A DNA stretch of 64,000 nucleotides from positions 62,001 to 126,000 of the forward strand of contig JAUCBJ010000548.1 in the NCBI GenBank assembly GCA_032718475.1. The letters run 5' to 3'. Each line of letters opens with the position of its first letter. Positions within the stretch are counted from its first letter, which is position 1. The notes beneath the pieces were generated by a model. It saw only the letters and a list, made by a program, of their open reading frames with translations. It did not search any database and was not told where the DNA came from. Below, in pieces: positions 1 through 12,455 of this stretch. Made by a program: the position numbers and the translations under genes. This stretch comes from Nemertoderma westbladi (Eukaryota; Animalia; Xenacoelomorpha).

Positions 1-40
1 TAGGATTGAAGGGAATGCCTGTTGTCTCAGTGTGAGGACT

Positions 41-480
41 CAGTGGTGGTCTGGGCCCAGTGTTGGTTCGTAGTGGCAGTGGGCTCGGCCTGGTGTTGGT
101 GGGTGGCCGGGGGCTAGGCCCGGTGTTGGTGGGCGGTGGTGGGGGCTGGGCCCGGTATTGGTGGGCGGCGTTGGGCTGGGCCCAGTGTTGGTGGGTGGTG
201 GTGGGCTGGGCGATGGTGGACTGGGCCTGGTATTTGTGGGTGGTGGTGCGGGCTGGGTAGTGGTTGGCCAGGCCCAGTGTTGGTGGGTGGCAATGGGCTG
301 TGCCCGGGGTTGGTAGGCATTAGTGGGCCGGGCCTAGTGTTGGGGGTGGCGGTGGGCTGGGCGCGGGGTTGGTGGGCAGTGGTGTACTGGGCCCAGCATT
401 GGTGGGTGGCCGTGGCTGGGCGGTGGTGGGCTGGCTGTTGGTGGGTGGTGCTGGGTTGGGTTTGGTGTTGGTTGGTGGTT
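41..480. repeat. G/T-rich degenerate tandem repeat (recurring motif ~ggcccagtgttggtgg)
   Basis: Recurrent GGCCC(A/G)GTGTTGGTGG(G) cores and many GGG runs. The overlapping Gly/Trp- or Pro-rich ORFs are compositional artefacts. Confidence 0.75.
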
Positions 481-716
481 GTAAACAGGGTACAGCCTGC
501 ACCTCTCGTAGGTCATCAATCATTTTTATGATTGATCATTAAATTTATTTTTAAAATTAATTTAACTGTACAAAACTTCATTATCGTTGAGATATAGCTC
601 ACCTTTATAACTTGAAACTGGGGCTGTTCCCATTGAAATGACAGTGAGTAAAAACGTTCTGGAACAAACCACTCGAGGATCGATAATCTTATTGGTTTTG
701 CATATAGGCCTACTAA

Positions 717-865
717 AGGCCATGATACACCACAGGAGCGGCAGCAGCAGGCGGCCACGGCGAGCAGGCGGCCACGGCGAGCAGCCGCTGTGAACAGCGA
801 CTTTTGTTATGATACACCAGAGGAGTGGCGAGCGGCAGCAGCCATTTGTGGTGTATCATGAAGCC
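717..865. mobile_element. Short MITE-like element with terminal inverted repeats
   Basis: catgatacaccaca at ~721 is the reverse complement of tgtggtgtatcatg at ~847-860. Internal direct repeat gcaggcggccacggcga occurs twice. Confidence 0.55.
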
Positions 866-1313
866 AGTTGGGCATCATCACTCGGATTACTGTACTGATG
901 CCAACAATAATGCCTTCCCGAATCAGTTAAAATATTTACCTTTACTTCCAAGCAAGGTATAATGCATGTCGGACTATTATGACGCACTTTTAAGACAATT
1001 TTCATTTTCACATATTTTTGCTGGAGACCGTTATATAAAGTCTAGTTATTGATTATAATGATTATAATGCAAAATCTTCGGACTATTACTGTATAATTTA
1101 ATAATTTAATTATGTTCATAATTAAGTCTCAAACAATTTGAGTAATTAATTGTCATCTTATAACAAATTTATTACGAACAAAGCCATCTAAAATTTAGAA
1201 ATTAAAAATATAGAGACAGGAATACAAAGCAAGCAAACAGTTGGCTGCGTATGGTTGGTTGGTTGGGTTGGGAGTGTTGGGAGTTACTCCTACCCCTTGT
1301 TTTGCTCCCATTA

Positions 1314-1383
1314 ACCCTAGCTGGGCTGAACCTACAACCAATGGATTGCAGGCCCGGCACTCAACCAACTGAGCTATCCCGCC
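1314..1383 (-). mobile_element. tRNA-derived SINE head or tRNA-Cys-like pseudogene
   Basis: Minus strand reads ggcgggaTAGCTCAGTTGGttgagtgccgggcctGCAatccattggttgtaGGTTCagccc: A box, GCA anticodon-like loop, degenerate B box. A truncated copy of the same head is at ~4213-4250 (+). Confidence 0.6.
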
Positions 1384-2177
1384 TTTTGGAATAACACCCC
1401 TTTCTTCTTTAAAGGTGCGGTTTGTAGTGGCCCCGGTATATGCCCTATGTATAACTTTACAACAGCTGTCTCACAAGACCTTGGCTTTATCACTTACCAA
1501 TCAAATTCATTCTCTATAAAGGGAGTTGAATACTTAACGACTACTTTGTTTAATTCTGGCTACTCATATTGATCGATTGATATATCTGATCAAATAGCGG
1601 CCCACTGAACTTTTTCCCCCAATGAATCGTTATGATTTAGGGGGTAGAGTACAAGACTATCGTTCCAGTTCAATATATCTCGGTTGGATACTGGTATCAC
1701 TGTATAGGGTTCTGGATTTAGTTTAGCATTGGTAATAATATGTAACCATTGTGATGGTACGTAAACGATCTTATTGCGAATCGACAGCTAAGTGTGACCA
1801 GGAATTACAAATTAATAACAGATGATGCATCAACCTTTGAGCTATGCAAACTCAGACTAGCAACTAATAATAACATGCAATTTAAAATCATTCAGCAACC
1901 CTGGGAAATTATTGCTCAGATAAAAGTAAAAAGAATTAATTTTAATATCAAATAATTATTATCTTTACATATGTTTTACATATCTTTACATGAATTATAT
2001 GTGGAGATGATGTATGAATTGCGTGATGGGGTGCTTTATGTGTATTTAGAATACTAAATGAATTGTTATGGTTTTTTTGTTTAGAATTTAATACATACAA
2101 TTATTGCCAGTTTTAAAACCTAACGGTTCAACTGTTTAACTTAGTTTCATATTTTAATGTTTCTTTAAATTTTAATC

Positions 2178-3221
2178 ATGATTGAAGCTATTAGAGAGTT
2201 CTTCACACCTTTATTGTGGCCAATTCCTCATATTATTGCAGCAATTCGTTTAAAAGATTCAGACCCTCCACCAGAACTCAAAGCTGTTCCATATCTCACC
2301 GTACGAGGACATCTTACAGGCCTGGGTGGGGCACTTCGTTCTTTTCTGATTGGTATTTTTCTTGTTAATGGTCTCTATGATGGATACAGTTATCCGGCAT
2401 TTGGTCGAGGCCAGGTCTTCGACATCTCATGGATGTGGCCGATCGTTTTGCGAAACATCATCGGGACCTGGTTGATTTGCAGTTTTTGGGATTGGTGGTT
2501 GTACTTTGGGCCTCTAAAGGAGAAGTTGTTTAAACATAAAATATACAAAAGATATCCATCCATGGCACAAATGCGTCATGATGCCTTTTTTACAACCATA
2601 GCTTCATGTATTGCTGCAGCGCTTGAAATCACTCTGTGCCATTTTTGGGCCACTGGAGCTTTACCTATGTCGCGGTCGCTGCTCGATAAACCTATTCTTA
2701 ACTTGTTCATGGGTCTCACAATAACTCATTTTCGAGAACCCCATTTCCATTTAATGCATCGCTTCATTCATCCATGGAAGTTGGACAACATCCCTGATTT
2801 AGGAAAATTCCTATACCGCCAAGTTCATTCTCTGCACCATAAATCCAGCAACATCACCTCTTTCTCTGGTACTAACATGCACCCGGTAGAAGCAACTCTC
2901 TATTACTCAGCCGCACTCATCTCTATTCCTTTTGGAGTCCATCCCAGTATTGTCTTAGGTTACTTTGTTGATCTTGCTATGATGGCGTGGTTGGGTCACG
3001 ATGGATTTGTCTTTCCCGGTTCTGGTGATTACTTCCATGAGCTCCATCACCTGCACTTCGACTGCAACTACGGAACCCCAAGGATTCCAATCGATTATTT
3101 TGTTGGAACATTCGCGAAAGCTAAAGAGGATGTTGGGAAAAATTGGGGCAAGAAGCCATCTGGTTGGAAGGCAAATGAAACATACGTTCATTCGGACAGC
3201 ACCTCGAATAAGGTCGAATGA
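2178..3221 (+). CDS. Fatty acid hydroxylase / sterol desaturase superfamily membrane di-iron enzyme, single exon, 347 aa
   Basis: Intact ORF with hydrophobic segments and His boxes HFHLMHRFIH, VHSLHHKS and GH...YFHELHHLHFDCNYG, plus the MHPVE motif typical of ERG3/ERG25-like enzymes. Confidence 0.9.
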   Translation: MIEAIREFFTPLLWPIPHIIAAIRLKDSDPPPELKAVPYLTVRGHLTGLGGALRSFLIGIFLVNGLYDGYSYPAFGRGQVFDISWMWPIVLRNIIGTWLICSFWDWWLYFGPLKEKLFKHKIYKRYPSMAQMRHDAFFTTIASCIAAALEITLCHFWATGALPMSRSLLDKPILNLFMGLTITHFREPHFHLMHRFIHPWKLDNIPDLGKFLYRQVHSLHHKSSNITSFSGTNMHPVEATLYYSAALISIPFGVHPSIVLGYFVDLAMMAWLGHDGFVFPGSGDYFHELHHLHFDCNYGTPRIPIDYFVGTFAKAKEDVGKNWGKKPSGWKANETYVHSDSTSNKVE

Positions 3222-4629
3222 ACATTTTTGCTTCGAATGAACATTTGCGAAGGTCATTTGCTTCTGGTAATAATGCTTTGCTAGGACTATATTATAGGGG
3301 TTATTTGTATTGAGTTAATTTAATTTAATTTTGCTTTTTCTTGCTGTCGGTGTTGAATCATTTTATGTTATTCAAATTATATTATAACATATAAGTATTA
3401 TAAGTATTAATCAAGTCATCATCGAATATATTGAGGTCTATTAAGAAACGTTAATTTATTAAATTTTGGTTAACCCAACCAATATTTCCCATAATTTAGA
3501 TGTGTGGACATTTATCATATCAGAGCATTCACCCTGCCCCATATGAATAATATTCTTAAATACAACATATGTAGTTAAGTCTTTAGCCTATTCGCATGAG
3601 TTAGCAAAAAAATAAAATTATAATATTTTTAATTTCTCTTTAGGGGCTCTGCAAGACCTAGACCTCTCGTGAAATTGTTACCATACCAACGCAAACATGC
3701 TCATTTCTTGCACAAAGGAATCTCTTCCTTTCGATATTCTTCAATTTCTCGAATTATTATGCCACAGATAAAATAACCTAGGAAAATTAGGTTAGTATCA
3801 CTAAAAAAATAGGGTCCTACTAAACTCCCAAAAGAACCCAATAAAAGCCAAAAGAACCACCCAATAGAACCCAAAAGAACCCCAAAATACCCAAAAGAAC
3901 ATAATTTGGACATTATGCATCACAGATTCGTAAAGCATCTTGGTTCCTGTCACTGCCTGTGGCATTAGGTATTATGGTGTCATATTATATGGTGTCTGGT
4001 GAGATGACACTCTGACTCTGTCAGTCTGTACTAACTGCTGAACTATGGTAGCCTAGTTGGAATCAGGTTACAACTAGGTTACGAATAGTTGGGAGCAGTT
4101 TACAAAGGCGGGCATTTCTAACCAAAACAATAAATCGTTCATTTAGCAATACATGGAAAGGAGCAGGTTACAGAGGCGGACTTTTCTAGCCAAAACAATA
4201 AACTTTTCCAAAGGCGGGATAGCTCAGTTGGCTGAGCGCCGGGCCTGCAAAGGTTATTTAAAATATACTACAGTACTACAATTCTGAAATAATTAGTAAA
4301 TTCATTTTTTAGTAAATATAAATAATAGTGATAGTAAATTTCACAGTATCAGTAGGCCTCTACGTATTTCAGTTCCGCAATAATATTCTTTCTAGGGTTT
4401 AGGCATTATCTTTACACCACTCCTTCCTTCCAACACTCTGGTGATGATGGCCTAAGCCGGAGTAGTAGTAGTAAGTAGTATCGGAGAACTTAAATCGGTA
4501 AAATAAAACTAAAAAAAAAAACCAAAAGTCTAACTAAACGGACATAATAAGTGATTCAATAGGAATTAAAATGTATTCTGTAAAAATATACCCTAGGCCC
4601 CTCTATAAACCTAACAACCTAACAAAAAT

Positions 4630-4800
4630 ATATGGCGTTCCAATACACCCACCCCCATTGCATTGGTGCCAATGCCATAAGGGTTGTGGAGATCAATTAT
4701 CTATATCACATGCGCTGAGCTGGAAATAGCCCGGGGGGGGGGGGGGGGGGCATGTCGTAAAGCGACACGATGAAGTTCGCGAGGTATTACTCTATTAGTG
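4630..4800 (+). mobile_element. Degenerate fragment resembling the C-terminal Zn-knuckle region of a restriction-like-endonuclease non-LTR retrotransposon (CRE/R2-like)
   Basis: Translation gives CGDQLSISHALSWK...GG...HVVKRHDEVREV, resembling the HALSC..GG...RHN/D motif. It is disrupted by a stop and a poly-G run. Confidence 0.35.
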
Positions 4801-6129
4801 GACCTACTCAAATCCACGGTGCGACCCTTTCAGGTGAAATGGAAATAAGTGACCCTGATCCAGGGCTGTTTATTAGACAATGCAAGAATCAAAGTCATTA
4901 GCGTTCATCAAGGCTGCCGTCGCTATACACAGCAAATCTTTCAAATTAATTGTAGGCCTTCTAAAACTCAAACAATTTGACTTTATCTATACTGTAAACT
5001 ATAACTAAAATATATGTGACTTAGAGGAAGTATGGGAAAGTTGAGGGAATGTAGCCTGTATATAATGAAAGGGGCGATAAAGGACCAGGGTCGATAAAGA
5101 CCCAGGGGCGATAAGTTCCTAAAAACTCAGAACTGGGGGGCGATAAGTTCCCAACAAAAATGCAATTAATAGGGGCGATAAGGACCCAGGGGCGATAAGG
5201 GCCTGCTTCGCTTGCATCACTTGTTGGTAAATAAAGGGCGTGTTGAGTTAGTGGCAAGCGATCAATCACGCAGTTGCGTTTGGGGAATAGATCCCGTCTT
5301 GCAGTATTTATAGTCGTACTGTTTGATTCGTTGTCATACATACATACGTATGACAAATTGCTCCAACGCTTTGAATTCTGCATTCCGTAGATTCCGTTTG
5401 GGAAAAGGGAATAAATGGATGATCGTATACAGCCTTGACAGTTGGTGTGATTTTTGGCATAACCAACCATGTTTTCCTAGCAGTTATTTCACCAATATTT
5501 TTGAAGTGGGACACGGTGTCACATCATAATTGCACTAAAATTCAGGCAGTTGCAAGGGAGTGGTCACCTTGATGCTATGGAAACGTGTATCATCCCCAAT
5601 GTCACTACTAACCATATTATATTGCTAGACAGGTTTTTCATCCCAAGCATCAATCATAATTACATTAAATATACAGCGGTTGCTCGGGAATGGTAACCTT
5701 GTTTCTATGGAAACGTGTACACGACTTTCTATATAATAATTTTCCTATATGGCGAGTTTCAATAACAGATACCACCAAAATTATCCGGTTGCTATGAAAA
5801 AGTCACCCGGTTGATAGGGAAGTTGTCAATTCCTTTGGTACACAGGCTCAGATTAATTTTCTTACATGTATCGTGAAATTTTCATGCTTTTGTCCGGCAA
5901 TTAATGATATTGCTATTTTTAGCCTTAAGCGACCCCACTACTGTGATCAATGGTGGACACAAATGTCATCAAACCATTGTATTGTGATTTGGTTGTTGCA
6001 ATAATTTCTCCATAATGAAAGTAAGCTGATGAACATTACATTTTTGAGATTGACATGATTGAGAGACTGAATCGAACCAATGGAACCAATCGAACATGGA
6101 GAATAGGGAAGCCAATGCGGACCTAATGA

Positions 6130-6827
6130 AATTTCTGGATTATAGACTTTACGATGTATACAGCTAACATGCATTCGGTCGGGCCTATATCTCCTGGATG
6201 TGGCCGATCTTTGCGTGTGACATCACTTGAATGAGGTTAATTTGTTGTTTGTGGGATGGGTACTTGTACTTTGGGCCTCCAGAGGAGAAGTGTTTAAATT
6301 TACATTATACATCATGGTATAACTATCACGATGCCTTATTTATAACTACAGCTTCTTGAAATGCCGTTCTCTTTAAATTTCTTTGTGCAATTTCTGGGCC
6401 ACTGGAGCTATACCCATGTCGCGGTCGCTGCTTGATAAACCTATTCTTAACTTGTTCATGGGTCTCACATTAAATCATTCCAGACTCTTCCATAACTTCA
6501 TTCATCCATGGAAACAGACAACATCCGAGACTTAGGGAAATTCCTATACTGCCAAGTAAGTTCATTCTTGACATCATGATTCCAGCATTATCACATTTAT
6601 TTGTCGATCTCACTATGATGGTTTGGTTATGTCCTTCTCATCTCTGGTGATTACTGCACCACATGCATTTTCACTACAACTTGGAACCCTAGTGATTATT
6701 TATATTGATTACGTCATGGGTACATTAACAAGCTCTAAAGAAAATGTAGGGGAATATTTAAGGAATCAAAGCAACAGGGAAAACATGAAATAGCACCTAC
6801 ATTCATTCGGTCAGCACTTCCAGTAAG
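6130..6827 (+). pseudogene. Pseudogene copy 1 of the upstream desaturase-like gene
   Basis: Colinear with gene positions ~2358-3212 (shared tggatgtggccgatc, atgtcgcggtcgctgct.gataaacctattcttaacttgttcatgggtctcaca, ttcattcatccatggaa, ttcattcgg.cagcac). Contains stops and deletions, with no long ORF. Confidence 0.9.
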
Positions 6828-7733
6828 CTGTTCCATTCCACAATTCTGTATAGTTCATCAGTCTGCTTGCTTTCTATTTGTGATGTACATTGTGCATATA
6901 CAAAGTCTTAAACAGCAGTGATATTACTTTTTTGTTAATTATTTATCATTCCATTGTACTTTTTTCACTGTTGTTGCATTATTTCCATTTTATAATTGTT
7001 TAATTCTGAGATACTTATTGGTATAATGGGTGAAGGGCCGAATTCATAAATCATCATGTCAGTTGATCCTCCCAGCAATAGCTGTGACTGCTTAGCTTTA
7101 TTAAGCTATGGGTTGACCCAATCTACCACTACGAGGAGTCAGATCCTTTTGATGGCATCTCAACCTTTTTATTATTTAATTAAAAATACATACCAACAAT
7201 TTAATTAACAAATCACAGGTCCATGTCCAATAAAACGAAATCAATTAACATCTAAATTATTCACATATCTCATAATAATTAAGTAATACGTTGTAGCTTT
7301 GAAATAGTTATAAATATAAATGAATACTACAGAAGAACTGTTGTGGGGCGAGCCACGTAAGTCCAGGTGAGCCTTTAGCGTAGGGGTATAATTAGTGGAC
7401 CAGTCTGTCGTTGTTGTCGTCGCCCTCGTTGTCGGAAATATCTGAACGCTAATAAGTCGGTCAATCATGGATGAAATGGAACCAAACTTGGTACACATGT
7501 AGTCTAGCAAAAGTTTAGAAATTCCTCAGAGAAACAGACTTCTGTAGTTCATCTGTCTGCCGCTAGAGTGCGAATTGACAGAAACGTAAAAGTAGCTGTA
7601 ATTATTGAACCAACCATCAGATTCATCTGAAATTTGGTAGGAGTGATCTACTGGCATTGGTGAATAAATAAATACTGCTCACAGACAGACTTTTACAGTT
7701 CCTCTGTCTGCCGCTAGGGAGCGAATGACTAGG

Positions 7734-8394
7734 ACATGCATTCGGTCGGGCCTATATCTCCTGGATGTGGCCGATCTTTGCGTGTGACATCACTTGAATG
7801 AGGTTAATTTGTTGTTTGTGGGATGGGTACTTGTACTTTGGGCCTCCAGAGGAGAAGTGTTTAAATTTACATTATACATCATGGTATAACTATCACGATG
7901 CCTTATTTATAACTACAGCTTCTTGAAATGCCGTTCTCTTTAAATTTCTTTGTGCAATTTCTGGGCCACTGGAGCTATACCCATGTCGCGGTCGCTGCTT
8001 GATAAACCTATTCTTAACTTGTTCATGGGTCTCACATTAAATCATTCCAGACTCTTCCATAACTTCATTCATCCATGGAAACAGACAACATCCGAGACTT
8101 AGGGAAATTCCTATACTGCCAAGTAAGTTCATTCTTGACATCATGATTCCAGCATTATCACATTTATTTGTCGATCTCACTATGATGGTTTGGTTATGTC
8201 CTTCTCATCTCTGGTGATTACTGCACCACATGCATTTTCACTACAACTTGGAACCCTAGTGATTATTTATATTGATTACGTCATGGGTACATTAACAAGC
8301 TCTAAAGAAAATGTAGGGGAATATTTAAGGAATCAAAGCAACAGGGAAAACATGAAATAGCACCTACATTCATTCGGTCAGCACTTCCAGTAAG
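7734..8394 (+). pseudogene. Desaturase pseudogene copy 2 (5'-clipped by the unit junction)
   Basis: Matches 6167-6827 by eye. Confidence 0.88.
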
Positions 8395-9300
8395 CTGTTC
8401 CATTCCACAATTCTGTATAGTTCATCAGTCTGCTTGCTTTCTATTTGTGATGTACATTGTGCATATACAAAGTCTTAAACAGCAGTGATATTACTTTTTT
8501 GTTAATTATTTATCATTCCATTGTACTTTTTTCACTGTTGTTGCATTATTTCCATTTTATAATTGTTTAATTCTGAGATACTTATTGGTATAATGGGTGA
8601 AGGGCCGAATTCATAAATCATCATGTCAGTTGATCCTCCCAGCAATAGCTGTGACTGCTTAGCTTTATTAAGCTATGGGTTGACCCAATCTACCACTACG
8701 AGGAGTCAGATCCTTTTGATGGCATCTCAACCTTTTTATTATTTAATTAAAAATACATACCAACAATTTAATTAACAAATCACAGGTCCATGTCCAATAA
8801 AACGAAATCAATTAACATCTAAATTATTCACATATCTCATAATAATTAAGTAATACGTTGTAGCTTTGAAATAGTTATAAATATAAATGAATACTACAGA
8901 AGAACTGTTGTGGGGCGAGCCACGTAAGTCCAGGTGAGCCTTTAGCGTAGGGGTATAATTAGTGGACCAGTCTGTCGTTGTTGTCGTCGCCCTCGTTGTC
9001 GGAAATATCTGAACGCTAATAAGTCGGTCAATCATGGATGAAATGGAACCAAACTTGGTACACATGTAGTCTAGCAAAAGTTTAGAAATTCCTCAGAGAA
9101 ACAGACTTCTGTAGTTCATCTGTCTGCCGCTAGAGTGCGAATTGACAGAAACGTAAAAGTAGCTGTAATTATTGAACCAACCATCAGATTCATCTGAAAT
9201 TTGGTAGGAGTGATCTACTGGCATTGGTGAATAAATAAATACTGCTCACAGACAGACTTTTACAGTTCCTCTGTCTGCCGCTAGGGAGCGAATGACTAGG

Positions 9301-9961
9301 ACATGCATTCGGTCGGGCCTATATCTCCTGGATGTGGCCGATCTTTGCGTGTGACATCACTTGAATGAGGTTAATTTGTTGTTTGTGGGATGGGTACTTG
9401 TACTTTGGGCCTCCAGAGGAGAAGTGTTTAAATTTACATTATACATCATGGTATAACTATCACGATGCCTTATTTATAACTACAGCTTCTTGAAATGCCG
9501 TTCTCTTTAAATTTCTTTGTGCAATTTCTGGGCCACTGGAGCTATACCCATGTCGCGGTCGCTGCTTGATAAACCTATTCTTAACTTGTTCATGGGTCTC
9601 ACATTAAATCATTCCAGACTCTTCCATAACTTCATTCATCCATGGAAACAGACAACATCCGAGACTTAGGGAAATTCCTATACTGCCAAGTAAGTTCATT
9701 CTTGACATCATGATTCCAGCATTATCACATTTATTTGTCGATCTCACTATGATGGTTTGGTTATGTCCTTCTCATCTCTGGTGATTACTGCACCACATGC
9801 ATTTTCACTACAACTTGGAACCCTAGTGATTATTTATATTGATTACGTCATGGGTACATTAACAAGCTCTAAAGAAAATGTAGGGGAATATTTAAGGAAT
9901 CAAAGCAACAGGGAAAACATGAAATAGCACCTACATTCATTCGGTCAGCACTTCCAGTAAG
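9301..9961 (+). pseudogene. Desaturase pseudogene copy 3
   Basis: Matches 6167-6827 by eye. Confidence 0.88.
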
Positions 9962-10475
9962 CTGTTCCATTCCACAATTCTGTATAGTTCATCAGTCTGC
10001 TTGCTTTCTATTTGTGATGTACATTGTGCATATACAAAGTCTTAAACAGCAGTGATATTACTTTTTTGTTAATTATTTATCATTCCATTGTACTTTTTTC
10101 ACTGTTGTTGCATTATTTCCATTTTATAATTGTTTAATTCTGAGATACTTATTGGTATAATGGGTGAAGGGCCGAATTCATAAATCATCATGTCAGTTGA
10201 TCCTCCCAGCAATAGCTGTGACTGCTTAGCTTTATTAAGCTATGGGTTGACCCAATCTACCACTACGAGGAGTCAGATCCTTTTGATGGCATCTCAACCT
10301 TTTTATTATTTAATTAAAAATACATACCAACAATTTAATTAACAAATCACAGGTCCATGTCCAATAAAACGAAATCAATTAACATCTAAATTATTCACAT
10401 ATCTCATAATAATTAAGTAATACGTTGTAGCTTTGAAATAGTTATAAATATAAATGAATACTACAGAAGAACTGT

Positions 10476-10912
10476 TGTGGGGCGAGCCACGTAAGTCCAG
10501 GTGAGCCTTTAGCGTAGGGGTATAATTAGTGGACCAGTCTGTCGTTGTTGTCGTCGCCCTCGTTGTCGGAAATATCTGAACGCTAATAAGTCGGTCAATC
10601 ATGGATGAAATGGAACCAAACTTGGTAAACATGTAGTCTAGCAAAAGTTTAGAAATTCCTCAGAGAAACAGACTTCTGTAGTTCATCTGTCTGCCGCTAG
10701 AGTGCGAATTGACAGAAACGTAAAAGTAGCTGTAATTATTGAACCAACCATCAGATTCATCTGAAATTTGATAGGAGTGATCTACTGGCATTGGTGAATA
10801 AATAAATACTGCTCACAGACAGACTTTTACAGTTCCTCTGTCTGCCGGTACGGAGCGAATGACTAGGTCCACTATCCACTAATTGTACCTCTACGCAAAG
10901 GCTCATCTAGAC
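10476..10912. mobile_element. Non-autonomous element with sub-terminal inverted repeats (Helentron/HINE-like or MITE); right-truncated copies at ~7342-7733 and ~8909-9300
   Basis: gtccaggtgagcctttagcgtaggggtataattagtgga (~10495-10533) is inverted against tccactaattgtacctctacgcaaaggctcatctagac (~10875-10912). Related sequence (accaagtttgg/ccaaacttggt, gacag repeats, cgtggctcgcc end) recurs at ~38150-38470, 39060-39245, 41640-41670 and 44990-45420. Confidence 0.6.
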
Positions 10913-12455
10913 GTGTACAGTTGTACCGTGTACCGTGTACAGTTGTACCGTGTACAGTTGTACCGTGTACCGTGTACAGCTGTACTTGTGACGAATGTTT
11001 TCTAAAATTATATTAGATATCTATTCTGTACTCAATATTGTATCTGTAAATATCTGAATTGGACATAAATAATATCTGAATCAATTATAAAAAAACCAAC
11101 AATTCGTACTTATTATGAAACAGACAGTACCGGTAGTTCTACAGTTCTAAAGATATGATTAGTTATATAATATAAAATATAAATAATTTACACAAATAGC
11201 CGAGCGAATTATTGAAAGCACGTATGGCAATTATTAGGCGAGAATATTCACTGTAAGTTATTTATGGAATGTAATAAAAATATATTCAACGATCGCGGTC
11301 AACTTTGAAAATAAATTATTCATTTTAAAGACAATAAATTGTTGAGTTCAGGAAGGTAGGCTACAAAAAATTACTGAGGTTTATTTAGATAAAAACATAG
11401 CACAGTGAATCTTAAAAATTGTCAATTTGAATACTATATGTCTACAAATAAACAGAAATATAGATACATAAATAGTACTGAAAAATATTAAAATCCATTA
11501 TTACATCATTATTCTGAAAGATTTCAGAAAAACTTACAACAAAATTTCAATTTCGGAAATACATTAAATGGCAGTATTCATATTCAATATATTCAATATG
11601 TCGGATACGCCTACCTTGGTAACTTATTCACATAGTTGACCGCACGAATACGAGTGTGATAATTGATATACAACTAACTAGAGTAATTATTTTGCAGCCA
11701 GTTATTAGCGCATTATCTAGGCCTACTATATCTATTTCGTTGTAAGAAACGCACGTAGTATTCTACGAAGCATCTATCTACTGGACGTAACTGAAAATAT
11801 CAAAATCACAGGCATTAATTAGCTGAATGTTCTAACTAAATTATATCAATAACTTCTTATAAAGCCGATTGTTGGGCGTAGTGTGATTAATCTCTCAACT
11901 TCACATCCAGTTAATTAATATAAGATTTCAATGAAACAATATAATAATGACATTATTAACGCGCACTTTGTTCCCGTTCATTATTAAATTACAATAATGA
12001 AAAAAAAAACTCTGCAAAGCTTTGGCCTTGAAAGACATTCTAAAAGTATTTTTGGCTGTTAACAACTATTTAAGATTTCTTTGCATCAACAATGAAATTA
12101 ATTCATCATAGCCTGACTATCTCGAATTTAACTTAATTACCGTAGCAAAGAATCAACATTATTTTGCTCTGATTACTATGTTTGGACGGTGGCAATAATA
12201 TAACTCTTTACTTCACAATTACTTTATTTCCATACTTTACAACTGAACTATGCTTCTAACGTGAACTGCGTTTATGTTTCTAGAATAATAATCGTAAATA
12301 TAATGTTAACAGTGGAAAATAAAAATTATTTATTGCATGAGAAATAAATGTAGAATATTATTTTGGCTACCACGTTACGGTAGTAATAAGGAATGTCGCG
12401 ATCATAGTAAAATAATGTTCTAATTTATTTCCAGTGCAATAAATAATAAGTGTTA

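Larger units (their letters stand above)
6167..10867. repeat. Three tandem 1567-bp units (6167-7733, 7734-9300, 9301-10867)
   Basis: acatgcattcggtcgggcc recurs at 6167, 7734 and 9301. Near-identical ORFs at 7241, 8808 and 10375 are 1567 apart. Only a few substitutions were seen, in unit 3. Confidence 0.97.

Noticed and set aside
60-531. Gly/Trp-rich and Pro-rich ORFs at the window start
   Set aside because: They are translations of a low-complexity G-rich repeat.
1314-1383. Functional tRNA-Cys gene
   Set aside because: The acceptor, anticodon and T stems pair poorly and a truncated copy exists nearby, which fits a SINE or pseudogene better.
7241-10644. Three near-identical 89-aa ORFs as a gene family
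   Set aside because: They have non-ATG starts, lie across a transposon-derived segment of the tandem unit, and show no recognisable domain.
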